Assembly (NCBI RefSeq): GCF_006345805.1
Contig: NC_043025.1
Span: 4,340,001-4,404,000, forward strand
Reading direction: 5' to 3'
From: Octopus sinensis
Lineage: Eukaryota
DNA: 64,000 nucleotides
Shown here: positions 36,094 to 48,608 of the stretch, one piece after another
How positions within the stretch are numbered: position 1 is the stretch's first letter
Layout: each line of letters opens with the position of its first letter
The notes under the pieces: model-generated
The model's database searches: none
Told to the model about the DNA's origin: nothing
What the model saw: only the letters and a program-made list of their open reading frames with translations
Position numbers and translations under genes: made by a program

Positions 36094-36130
<37 letters not shown>

Positions 36131-37369
36131 CAGGCTTCCACACAGTTTCCATCTACCAAATCCACTCCCAAAGCTTTGATTGGCCCAGACACTTGCCCAA
36201 GGTGCCACGCAGTGGGATTGAACACAAAGCCAAATGGTTGCAAAGCAATTTTCTTAACTATACATTCACATCTGTACCTCTTTATATCTTTTACATGTTT
36301 TAGTCTGTGGCCATGCTGGGGCACCACCTTGAAGACTGTTTAGTCAAACGAATTGACTTCAGTACACATTTCTTTTTCAAACCTGGTATTTATTCTGTTA
36401 GTCTCTTTTGCTAAACTGCTAAGTTACGGAGATATAAACACACCGACACCGGTTGTCAAACAGTGGCGAGGGACAAACACTGACACACACACACACACGA
36501 TGGGCTTCTATCAGTTTCCGTCTGCAAAATCCACCCAAAAGGCTTTGGTTGACCTGATGCTATGGAAGAAGGCACTTGCCCAAGGTGCTACACAGTGGGA
36601 TTGAACCTAGAACCATGTGGTTGGGAAGCACACTTCATACCACAGAGCCTGTACCTATACATACACAAAAATACATTGACATACATTAACATATATTAAC
36701 ATACATTAACATATAGAAATCTAATTTCTTACCTTGAGATATTTCTGAGAAGTGCTGTGTTGTCTTATGCAATAAATAAATATATATATATATATGTATA
36801 GATGTTTCTGCTGAGATAAATAGTTATATGATATTATTTATGATTATTATGCATATAATATTATATGGTTCTGCTGAGATGAATATTAGTTATATAATAT
36901 TATTTGTAATTGTTATAATCTATAATATTATATGTTTCTGTTGAAGAGAATCACAACTGGCCTGCAATTCTGTTGAGTTGTTCTTGTCGTATGAAAGGTA
37001 TTTTTCTTGAATGAATGAATGCTGTAGCCTTCATATATATATATACATCTGTAGCAGGGCTAGTGTAAGAGTGGGTATTCTAGTTCCTATTGCATGGCAA
37101 AGTCATGACACTTAAATCTCATTTGTCAATCCTGGTAAAAATCCAATAATCTTATTTTTCATTCACAAAATTTCCATGTTGTTTATCTGTGTGTTCCTGT
37201 TTCCCGATTCCGTGTGTTAAAGCGTGGCTTTGATAAAAATACAGTTCAATAAAAATAGATAAAAGCACACACACACACACACATAAACCCAACAGCAAAC
37301 AAACATTTTCTGTACATATCAGTATGTATATGATTAAGTGTATATCTATATATATATCTAGATATATAT

Positions 37370-37568
37370 ATATCAACCTATTAGTCTATCTATCTGTGTA
37401 TCTATCTATCTGTGTATCTATCTATCTATGTGTCTGTCTGTCTGTCTGTCTGTCCATCCGTCCATCCATCTATCCATCTTTCTATCTATCTATCTATCTA
37501 TCTATCTGTCTGTCTGTGTGTCTGTCTGTCTGTCCGTCCGTCCATCCATCCATCCATCCATCCATCCT

Positions 37569-37635
<67 letters not shown>

Positions 37636-37639
37636 GTTA

Positions 37640-37683
<44 letters not shown>

Positions 37684-37718
37684 GTGTATCTATCTATCTA
37701 TCTATCTATCTATCTGTG

Positions 37719-37767
<49 letters not shown>

Positions 37768-38158
37768 GTCCCTCTATCTATCTATCCAACCATCTCTCTC
37801 TCTCTCTATCTATCTATCTCTCTATCTATCTATCTATCTATCCATCTATCTTTCTACCTATCTATCTATCTATACTTATTTGCAAATAAATGTGTTATCA
37901 CGTGACATTATTGACTGAGGTTACCGTGGTCTTTTCCGTAGGCTTTTCTTTCCATGGATAAACCTTATCTGCTTCCCCCTTTACACCATGACATTTCTGT
38001 GATACACGATCCCTATTGATCGCTTTTTTTTCCCCCTTTCCTTTTTACGATCCCTTTTGATCGAAAACCTACCCCGCTTTTTTTTTCCCCAAAAAGAAAA
38101 GCTCTACTTTGCAATTTGTCCCATCTGTGTTCAGCCCTGTTTGGCTAATAAAGAAACA

Positions 38159-38224
<66 letters not shown>

Positions 38225-38292
38225 CTATCCATCCATCTATATCTATCTATTTATCTATCTATCTATCCTTCCATCCATCCATCCATCCATCC

Positions 38293-38331
<39 letters not shown>

Positions 38332-38373
38332 CATCTATCCATCCATCCATCCATCCATCCATCCATCCATCCA

Positions 38374-38453
<80 letters not shown>

Positions 38454-38463
38454 CATCCATCCA

Positions 38464-38495
<32 letters not shown>

Positions 38496-38575
38496 CATCC
38501 ATCCATCCATCTATATCTATCTATCCATCCATCCATCCATCCATCCATCCATCTCTATCTATCTATCCATCCATC

Positions 38576-38625
<50 letters not shown>

Positions 38626-39468
38626 AGCCGAGTCTATCGTTAATATCGTCACGCCTCCTTCCTTCAAACGGGAAGGAAGAGCTATTTTTATCATACTTGT
38701 GGCTATGGCGAAAGAATGTATCTGGTGGACGCGTCTGAAAGGATTAGAGACAAACACTTTCCTCTCTGGTCAATCTCTCATCAACTTCTTCAAGTATCAC
38801 TTGAAGAAAAAAGTGAGAGTAGAGAGGCAAGTTTTGTCTAGTGAATGTTTTAAAAAAAGATGGGTGAATGTAGCAAGGATGGCACGTATGAATGACGAAG
38901 CCACCTTGACTATGATTCTATGAACCGTAAAAATTAATACAGAGAGTTGCTTATTTGCAAAAAAAAAAAAAAGAAATATAACATGTGACTTCATTGACCG
39001 AGGTTACCGTGGTCTTTTCCGTAGGCTTTTCTTTCCACGAGTAAACCTCACCTGTCCTCCCCTTTACACTTCATATTGGCATTTCTGTGATAACGATCCC
39101 TATTGATCAATTTTTTTTCCTCTCCCCCTTTTTTTTTTAACCCCCCCCCTTTTTTGTCCTCTTTCTCTCCTTTTACGATCCCTTTTGATCGTTCCCCCCT
39201 TTTTTATTTTATTTTATTTGTTATTTTATTATTTTTTTTTTAAACCTTCAAAAGAAAAGCTCTACCTTGTAATTTGTTCTATCTGTGTGCAGCCCTGTGT
39301 GGCTAATAAAGAAACATATCTATCTATCTATCTATCTATCTATCCATCTATCTATATCTATCTATCTTTCTATCCATCCATCCATCTATATCTATCTATC
39401 TATCTATCTATCTTTCTATCCATCCATCTATATCTATCTATCTATCTTTCTATCAATCCATCCATCTA

Positions 39469-39544
<76 letters not shown>

Positions 39545-39590
39545 ATCTATCTATCTATCTATCTGTCTATCTATTGATCTATCTGTCTAA
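37370..39590 (+). mobile_element. Two 5'-truncated copies of a second Tx1 family embedded in (TCTA)n/(TCCA)n
   Basis: Copy 1 is ~37875-38160 (3'UTR only). Copy 2 is ~38620-39319 (ORF2 C-terminus [15 protein letters not shown]...WWTRLKG plus 3'UTR). Both end ctaataaagaaacata-(TCTA)n and both are preceded by (TCTA)n. Confidence 0.8.
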
Positions 39591-40309
39591 TTATTTATTT
39601 ATCAATATATATATGCATTTGTCTATAAATATATGCACAAACACACACACACACACATACACACACACGTGCCATGCATGTACACACCAAACAAGGATTC
39701 TAATCCTAACATGACAACATGGAAATTTTATGAATGTCTTGCAAAGCTATTTTTACTCTATAATCGTATCTTATCCATAAGCAGACCAATGATATTTAAG
39801 TGTCATTATTGCCACATCAGATTAATGTGTGATGGTTTTTATAATAATTCTTTTACTTGTTTCAGTCATTTGCCTGTGGCCATGCTAGAGCACCACCTTT
39901 AGTCGAGCAAATCAACCCCAGGACCTATTCTTTGTGAGCCTAGTACTTATTCTATCAGTCTCTTTTGCCAAACCGCTAAGTTATGGGGATGTAAACACAC
40001 TAGCATTAAAGCCCTTTTCGGGGCTACTTTATTTGAATTCTTACAATCAGGTAACTAATTTCATGTTATTACATTACTGACTTCACAATTTGGGTTTTCG
40101 TAACTTATTGGGAATTCCTAAAAACAAGATCCTGTGTAAGACAGTTTGGTTTTCTTTGTGAATACACAAAAACCTTTTTAAGGGCTACATACTTTGTATT
40201 GTTGTTATTGGATTAGCAAAACAATTATGAGAACGGAACCAAGAGATAAGCCCCGCCTTCCCAGGAATTATCAGGTATGTCAGCTAGTTATAACATATAT
40301 ATATATATA

Positions 40310-40708
40310 TCTTTATATATAAAAGTCAAGTTGTGTGTCTGTCTCCTACGATTTAGATTCCTAACTACTCCCACATTTTGCGGTGCAGTTTAACCAAAAC
40401 CGGGTATCTTATAGTCGTGATTCATATCGAGCCCTTCTGGGTATTAGCGCGTGTCTACGATGAGTCTATGATTTAAAAAATAATTTACCATCATTTTTTT
40501 CCATCTTAATGCATTTTTTCGCTATTATATAAGGGAAGTAACTCTCTAAAAATGTCTACGATGAGTCAACGATTTAAAAAAAAATTTACCATAATTTTTT
40601 TCCCATTTTTAATGCATTTTTTTTCCTGTGTTTTGGCTACAACTCTCTAAAAATGCTTATATAGTTATTTCCCTTACAAACCCGAGCAACGCCGGGCAAT
40701 ACTGCTAG
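40310..40708 (+). mobile_element. Non-autonomous Helitron
   Basis: A|TC 5' end, subterminal hairpin cccgagcaacgccggg and CTAG|T 3' end; internal ~100-bp duplication. Confidence 0.8.
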
Positions 40709-40799
40709 TCTATATATATAATGCATACGGATTTCTTTTTATATAACTTTTTTATAATTGTTTTTTAATAATTTTGTTAGTCTTGTTTACATGTAAAAT

Positions 40800-41026
40800 C
40801 CTCACAACACACTCACATAAACACACACAACACAGCTCCCATGACTTTCGGAAACATTTTTTCACGCTCAGAGTTGCTGAAGCATGGAATAAACTGCCTG
40901 CGTCAGTTGTTGACTGCCATGACACTGCATCCTTTAAGGCCCTCATGCTTTCCGAAATCCGCCGAAACTACACCTGATTATATATACACTTTAGATGAGT
41001 TGTAGTGCACCTGAGCACTGTACACA

Positions 41027-41050
<24 letters not shown>
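40800..41050 (+). mobile_element. CR1-clade LINE 3' end with an (ATT)n tail
   Basis: HDFRKHFFTLRVAEAWNKLPASVVDCHDTASFK in ORF 40774..40977. Confidence 0.75.
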
Positions 41051-41059
<9 letters not shown>

Positions 41060-41656
41060 CAAACACACATTCTGTCTTTTGTCCTGTACTCTCCATAATT
41101 TTTTTCTTAATATATATTTCTTTATTGCCCACAAGGGGCTGAACATAGAGGGGACAAACAAGGACAGACAAAGGGATTAAATCGATTATATCAACCCCAG
41201 TGCGAAATTGGTACTTATTTAATCGACCCCGAAAGGATGAAAGGCAAAGCCGACCTCGGCGGAATTTGAACTCAGAACATAATCCCTTAGACTTCTCACC
41301 GCACGGTCACACCTCTTCAAATCAGCTTTATCAACCATTTTATGATTCCTATTTAGTTCCTTAGTAATAACAGTTCTTCTAAATTACCAGTCTTGTCAGA
41401 AGAAACACAGAAGTTAGTTGAGCATTTAGTCCTGGAGAGATATTCCTTGGCATTTCCTTTTTGGGAGGAGCTCAGATGATTAGAAAACTTTATCATGGCT
41501 GTGTGGTAAGTGGCTTGCTAACCAACCACATGGTTCCGGGTTCAGTCCCACTGCATGGCACCTTGGGCAAGTGTCTTCTGCCATAGCCCCGGGCCGACCA
41601 ATGCCTTGTGAGTGGATTTGGTAGACGGAAACTGAAAGAAGCCCGTCGTATATATG

Positions 41657-41687
<31 letters not shown>

Positions 41688-42095
41688 TTGTGTGTCTGTG
41701 TTTGTCCCCCTAGCATTGCTTGACAACCGATGCTGGTGTGTTTACGTCCCCGTCACTTAGCGGTTCGGCAAATGAGACCGATAGAAAAGTACTGGGCTTA
41801 CAAAGAATAAGTCCCGGGGTCGATTTGCTCGACTAAAGGCGGTGCTCCAGCATGGCCACAGTCAAATGACTGAAACAAGTAAAAGAGTAAAAGAGTAAGT
41901 CAATTACATTCAAAATTATCCGATAGACACTGGTATGGCTGTGGTTAAGAATATTGCTTTGTAACTACATGGTTTTGGGGTCTGTCCCACTCCATGGGAC
42001 AGCCTGGGCAAGTGTCTTCTACAATAGCCTCAGGTCGACCAATTGTCTTGTGAGAGAATTTGGTAGACAGAAACTATAAGGAATATATGGATGTA

Positions 42096-42885
42096 TTAGG
42101 TTGTCCGGAAAGTTCATGCCGATTTATAGTAGCTTACTCTCTCTCTCTCTTTTTACTCTTTTACTTGTTTCAGTCATTTGACTGCGGCCATGCTGGAGCA
42201 CCGCCTTTAGTCGAGCAAATCGACCCCGGTACTTATTCTATCGGTCTCTGTTGCCGAACCGCTAAGTGATGGGGACGTAAACACACCAGCACCGGTTGTC
42301 AAGCAATGCTAGAGGGACAAACGCAGACACACAAGCATATATACACACACACACACATATATATATACATATATATATACATATACATATATATATACAT
42401 ATATACGGCATGCTTCTTCCAGTTTCCGTCTACCAAATCCACTCACAAGGCTTTGGTCGGCCCGTGGTTATAGTAGAAGACACTTGCCCAAGGTGCCAGG
42501 CAGTGGGACTGAACCCGGAACCATGTGGCTGGTTAGCAAGCTATTTACCACACAGCCACTCCTGCGCCTTACCTTTCAACTTATTTTAGAACATGGTTGA
42601 GTCCACAAAATAGGATTTGACTACACAGTTTAAGCTATCTTTTCGTGGAAGAAGGTTTATGTTCCTATAACCTGTGTTAATTTTGTAACCCTTTAAAATG
42701 GAAGATAAGAAAGTTCATTTTCGGCACTTGATGCTTTTCTTTTTCCGCAAAGGGAAAAATGCCTCACAAGCAACCAAAGAAATATGCGCAGTTTACAGCG
42801 ATGTTTCTTTATCCGAAAGAACTGTACGTAAGTGGTTCGCAAGGTTCCGAGCTGGAGATTGTAGCATTATTGATAAAGAGCGATC
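42096..42885 (+). mobile_element. Mariner relic (left TIR and transposase N-terminus) interrupted by SINE A
   Basis: TA|TTAGGTTGTCCGGAAAG TIR; ORF MEDKKVHFRHLMLFFFRKGKNASQATKEICAVY...SERTVRKWFARFRAGD (Mos1-type HTH); the SINE at 42150-42567 has a short TTAC duplication. Confidence 0.8.
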
Positions 42886-43102
42886 AGAATCAATCGCGGT
42901 TTCAAAATCCACGGTTTCCCTAATCGAAATTTCACAACCAAAACGGTTTGTCACACCAGTTGAATCCGAGTGCTCTCCCTTACATATAAGCTTGCTTCTA
43001 CTAAAACTAGTTAAAGTGTTGAATGCCTCAAACCAGTTTATCACTCCGGAATATTGAGAAACCTCAGTTGCTACACAGCTAATGCCCTGTCTTATCTATA
43101 CG

Positions 43103-43772
43103 GGATCTTTTCGGTTTGACCGGCAGTTTTTTTAAATAATTTCCACGCAACTAAACACTTTTAAACTTCGTATACTGGTAGAATGTGTTTATAAAATATC
43201 TTTTTCTCTTGGCTTTATTGAGAAAATTCTATAGTTTGTAAGATATTTGTTGTTATTTTTTCTTTAATTTCTGCAATTTCAACCAATCACTGACGTCTAT
43301 TGAGGTAAAAAATATATTCTGTGCCGTATGAATATGTCCCTCGTTTAAGAAACAGGGATCTTTTCTGTTTGAACGGCAGTTTTTAAAAATAATTTCCACG
43401 TAACTAAAGACTTTTAGACTTCGTATACTGGTAGAATGTGTTTATAAAACATCTTTTTCTCTTGGCTTTATTGAGAAAATTCTACAGTTTGTAAGATATT
43501 TGTTGGGTTTTTTTCTTCAATTTCTGCAATTTCAACCAATCAATGACGTCTTTTGAGGTAAAAAAACATTCTGTGCCGTATGAATATGTCCCTCGTTTAA
43601 GAAACAGATTGGGTTTATTTACATTTGTGAAGAAAAAAAAGATATCCTTCCCCCTAACCCTAGCCCTAAAACAGATTGAAATGCAATAGATCGATTCTAG
43701 GGTCATAATAATGGGTGACGATTTCATATATGACACCGCTAGAAAAAACTACCGGTCAAACCGAAAAGATCC
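43103..43772. mobile_element. Family G MITE with a two-unit structure
   Basis: Internal restart at 43356 with the same AAGAAACAG|GGATCTTTT junction as 10006-11425; no TSD recognisable. Confidence 0.8.
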
Positions 43773-44155
43773 GTATTCTGTAGATCCGACTAATAACGAC
43801 GTCCATACAAAATGTGGAGAATATGTTGATGCTGGTAAAAAGAAAATTACGACGTCAATTTTGAACGTCAGATAATTTATTCGCTTCGTATTTACAGGAG
43901 TTTATATGGAGGAATTCGCATTTTTGAATGACCCTACCTCCAAACAAGGGAGGAAACTCTGAAAAGCAAGGAGAGGGTCCTAGCCGCTGATTACCTGAAG
44001 AGTCGAGACGAAGTCAAAACGCGTAACCAGACGGTGCCACGTTATGTTTATCTAATTTATCCATACTCTTAAGATAAAACATAAAATACGTATAACAGTG
44101 CAAGTAGTTAAATATTTAAGGAAAATAAAATCAACTTGGATACCAGGTACGTAAA

Positions 44156-46464
44156 TCTCTCTCTATATAAAGGTGAAGTTGTCTGTGTGTGGCAGGTTTG
44201 GTAGCCTTCAACTAACACTATCCCCTCCAAGACCAAAAGGTTAATATAGGGCGTAACAAATATCAGAAAATCAAAAAAAAAATGTGTGTAATAGGTGTAA
44301 AACAACTTCCTATGAACGAATATGAAAAAAAAAATTCGCGCACGCGAAAGGGGGGTGGGGGAGATGCCTCGGAAAATTCACATCGGGAAGTTCCGAAAGC
44401 GTCTGAGGAGCTGACCCGGGCACCAAAACAAAAAAAAAATAGTGTAATATGTGTAAAACAACTTGCTCTAAACGAATATGACAAAAAAAAATGCGCTCTC
44501 GCGAAAGAGGGGTGGGGGAGAGGCCTCGGAATATTTATATCGGGAATTTCCGAAAGCGTCTGAACCGGGCACAAAAACAAAAACAAAAACAGCGAAATAG
44601 TGTAAAACAACTTGCTCTAAACGACTATCATGAAAAAAATGCGCGCTCGCGAAAGGGGGGTGGGGGAGAGGCTTCGGAAATTTCACATCTTCAGTCCACG
44701 GCCTTTAAACTAAGAAAAAATAGTGTAATTGGTGTAAACTACTTGTTCTAAACGAGTATCAAGAACACACACTCACACATGAATCATAAACTCCGTATTT
44801 CGCAAAAAAAAAAAATAAAGAGAAGAAATTCTGGAAAAAGTGAAGAAATGTTGGATCTCCGCCATGTGAATCAAAATACGTGTCAGAAACATCTTGAAAT
44901 ACTACAGAAATTATGTTACGAAAATGATAATGTATACATACCTCTTTGAGTGGTCCATCGATAATGATGATAAAGAAATAAGTTGGATTTGAACTCAGAA
45001 TATTGACTAACACAACTACATACTACAAGACTCAAAATATTCAGCCAAGTCACCACCCTTTAACTAGCAATAATAATAACATCAATAACATAACAGCCAA
45101 AAGATTTATTTGTTCTGAAAATAACAATCATAGTAAATAAATATGTTCTTTAATATTCACATTCATGTGCACAGTTAAACACACTTACATACAAACAGTC
45201 ACGCATGCATAATACAAAACGGAACACATAAATGAAGGATGCATTACTTAGTATATATTACATCTAGAGAATTTTGATTAATAAGTCAAATATGCAAATT
45301 ATAAAGATAATTAATTGCTTTACTAAACAGTGTTGTAAAGGTGAAAAAATAAATTGGGAAAAAAATACACGCCAAAACTAATTAATAAAGGATAATTAGG
45401 GAAGGATTGACACAAAATAATAATTTTTTCTGTCTCTTTTTTTCTGATAAATGCATCTTAATAAGTGAGAAGAATTGCATGTATCTGAACTATTCAAAGA
45501 AAAGCATAAATTTAATGTTTAAAATAGCTTTAACCAAGGAATGAGATCCAACATTTCTTCACTTTTTCCAGAATTTCTTCTCTTTATTTTTTTTTTTGCG
45601 AAATACGGAGTTTATGATTCATGTGTGAGTGTGTGTTCTTGATACTCGTTTAGAACAAGTAGTTTTACACCAATTACACTATTTTTTCTTAGTTTAAAGG
45701 CCGTGGACTGAAGATGTGAAATTTCCGAAGCCTCTCCCCCACCACCCTTTCGCGAGCGCGCATTTTTTTCATGATAGTCGTTTAGAGCAAGTTGTTTTAC
45801 ACCTATTACGCTGTTTTTGTTTTTGTTTTTGTGCCCGGTTCAGACGCTTTCGGAAATTCCCGATATAAATATTCCGAGGCCTCTCCCCCACCCCTCTTTC
45901 GCGAGAGCGCATTTTTTTTTGTCATATTCGTTTAGAGCAAGTTGTTTTACACATATTACACTATTTTTTTTTTGTTTTGGTGCCCGGGTCAGCTCCTCAG
46001 ACGCTTTCGGAACTTCCCGATGTGAATTTTCCGAGGCCTCTCCCCCACCCCCCTTTCGCGTGCGCGAATTTTTTTTTTCATATTCGTTCATAGGAAGTTG
46101 TTTTACACCTATTACACACATTTTTTTTTTGATTTTCTGATATTTGTTACGCCCTATATTAACCGACCAAAATTGAGAGTATGATAGAAGAAGGCTTGCT
46201 CTTCCTTCTGTAGAAGAAAAAAATTCAAATTGGACCATGTTAACACCAAAAATTATTTACATCAAAAAGGTGCTTTTTTTCTATGAAAATCCCTATTTTT
46301 TACGATTTTTTGACAACTGTGTCACCATTTTTCGGTGTATTTCAACCAGAAAAATGTTCACTTAAAGAGAATAACAAGCTACATAATGCAAACTTTTTAC
46401 GTTTAAAAAATTCCAGTTTTAAAGGGTCGAAAGAAACCTGAGCAATGCCGGGCGATACTGCAGG
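44156..46464 (+). mobile_element. Helitron-like element hosting the foldback insertion
   Basis: A|TCTCTCTCTATATAAAGG start resembles the 40310 element; the 3' end cctgagcaatgccgggcgatactg-CAGG|T is a variant of the CTAG end. Confidence 0.6.
44239..46164. mobile_element. 1.9-kb foldback DNA transposon with ~620-bp TIRs (Merlin-like)
   Basis: Left TIR 44239-44859 and right TIR 45543-46164 are nearly perfect; termini GGTTAATATAGGGCG; 8-bp TSD GACCAAAA; ~156-bp subrepeats inside each TIR; non-coding AT-rich core. Confidence 0.88.
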
Positions 46465-46937
46465 TAATAACAATTGTTTATCAGGGCGGCGAGCAGGCAG
46501 AATCGTTAGCACGCCGGACGAAATGCTTAGCTGTATTTCGTCTGCCGTTGCGTTCTGAGTTCAAATTCCGCCGAGGTCGATTTTGCCCTTCATTCTTTCG
46601 CAAGCGTGTTGGCTTGCTTCAAAAATTTCCGTCAACTCTTAATGGTGTGCGACCGATTGGTGCATTTACTGCTGAATTGATGTTTTTTTACATATTTTCC
46701 TTCTTTCTCTTCCTTTCTTAGCTTATGTTTGTATTTTCTTCCGTTTGGAATTTGCATCTTAATGAGGTTTTAGTCGCAGGAGTGGCTGTGTGGTAAGTGG
46801 CTTGCTAACCAACCACATGGTTCCGGGTTCAGTCCCACTGCGTGGCACCTTGGGCAAGTGTCTTCTGCTATAGCCTCAGGCCGACCAAAGCCTTGTGAAT
46901 GGATTTGGTAGATGGAAACTGAAAGAAGCCTGTCGTA

Positions 46938-46978
<41 letters not shown>

Positions 46979-47333
46979 TTGTGTGTCTGTGTTTGTCCCC
47001 CTAGCATTGCTTGACAACCGATGCTGGTGTGTTTACGTCCCCGTTACCTATCGGTTCGGCAAAACAGACCGATAGAATAAGTACTGGGCTTACAAAGAAT
47101 AAGTCCCGGGGTTGATTTGCTGGACTAAAGGCAGTGCTCCAGCATTGCCGCAGTCAAATGACTGAAACAAGTAAAAGAGTATATGTGTTATGTATGTAAT
47201 GTCATATTAATACAGAAATCAAAAACCCTGAATTCTCTCCCCTTATACATAGCAAGTTTGATACAATAATTCCCTGGTTGCTCTACGGCGTCACACCTGT
47301 GGAAAGAGATGATTAGGAAGCGACTGTGTGGAC

Positions 47334-47520
47334 CAGTGCTTTTCAAACTTTTTGCTGGAGCGGAACCCCAAGGAAACATTCCACTGGCTCGAGGAACCCC
47401 TGTACAATAATTTAAGTCTTCTGCACAGGAGAATTAAAAATTACTGTCGATTTTAGCAGTTTTGTAACTTCTTACGGAACCCCTGGACTGTACTGGCGGA
47501 ACCCTGGTTGAAAACCACTG
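47334..47520. mobile_element. hAT-like MITE
   Basis: TIRs CAGTGCTTTTCAA / TTGAAAACCACTG and internal GGAACCCC motifs. Confidence 0.65.
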
Positions 47521-48608
47521 CTCTACGGAGTCACATCCGTGGAAAGAGATGATTAGGAAGCGACTGTGTGGACGCTGACAATTTGGTATGGTCGACTGGA
47601 TATCGGACCCGTTTTGGCACCGGAGACTAACACGCGTGCTTGCGCAGAAACATACACATGCAGAGAGATTGACAGAGAGAGAGAGAGAGAGAGAGAGATA
47701 CATCACACATACATACAAATATAACCAGATGCGGATCTTTTCCGTTTGACCGGCAGTTTTAAAAAATAATTTCTAGGTAACTAAACACTTTTAAACTTCA
47801 TATACTGGTAGAATGTGTTTATAAAACATCTTTTTCTCGTGGCTTTATTGAGAAAATTCTATAGTTTGTAAGATATTTACTCTTTTACTTGTTTCAGTCA
47901 TTTGACTGCAGCCATGCTGGAGCACCGCCTTTAGTCCAGCAAATCGACCCCGGGACTTATTCTTTGCAAGCCCAATACTTATTCTATCGGTCTCTTTTGC
48001 CGAACCGCTAAGTGACAGGGACGTAAACACACCAGCATCGGTTGTCAAGCAATGCTAGAGGGACAAACACAGACACACAAACATATACATACACACACAT
48101 ACATATATACGACGGGCTTCTTTCAGTTTCCGTTTACCAAATCCACTCACAAGGCATTGGTCGGCCCGAGGCTATAGTAGAAGACACTTGCCCAAGGTGC
48201 CGCCCAGTGGGACCGAACCCGGAACCATGTGGTTGGTAGGCAAGCTACTTACCACACAGCCACTCCTGCGCCTTTACAGACATAACAATTTTCAATGGGA
48301 GGGAAATTTTGTATATTCTGGTGAGTGTTTTCCATTTTTTCTTTTTGCTTTGTGTAGGAGTGGAATGGGTGAGTTTGGTGCCGGGAGGGGGGGGGTCTGA
48401 GAGGGTATGGGTAGGTGGGTATGGTTTAGGGGTTCTACTTCACTCTGTGTCCTTTCTTCCTCTTCCTTTTTCTCCCTTCAGCTACCATCTACTATTCTTT
48501 GTTTCTCTTTTCTTCCTGTTGCACCACCTCCGGCCCCTTTCCAACTTTCTCCTGACTTCTGCGCTTCTGTAGAGGGCAGTGTGCTCTAAAGTGACCTTTT
48601 TGGCCACG

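Noticed and set aside
38057-38923. 288-aa ORF as a gene
   Set aside because: It is a chance fusion of a LINE 3'UTR, (TCTA)n and a Tx1 ORF2 C-terminal fragment.
42885-43080. Continuation of the mariner ORF to 43057
   Set aside because: Similarity to the transposase ends near IIDKERS; the remainder is unrelated sequence read through by chance.
44263-46238. Mirror-image ORFs on both strands (44263..44610, 45817..46140 and others)
   Set aside because: They come from the two arms of the foldback element and have no transposase motifs.
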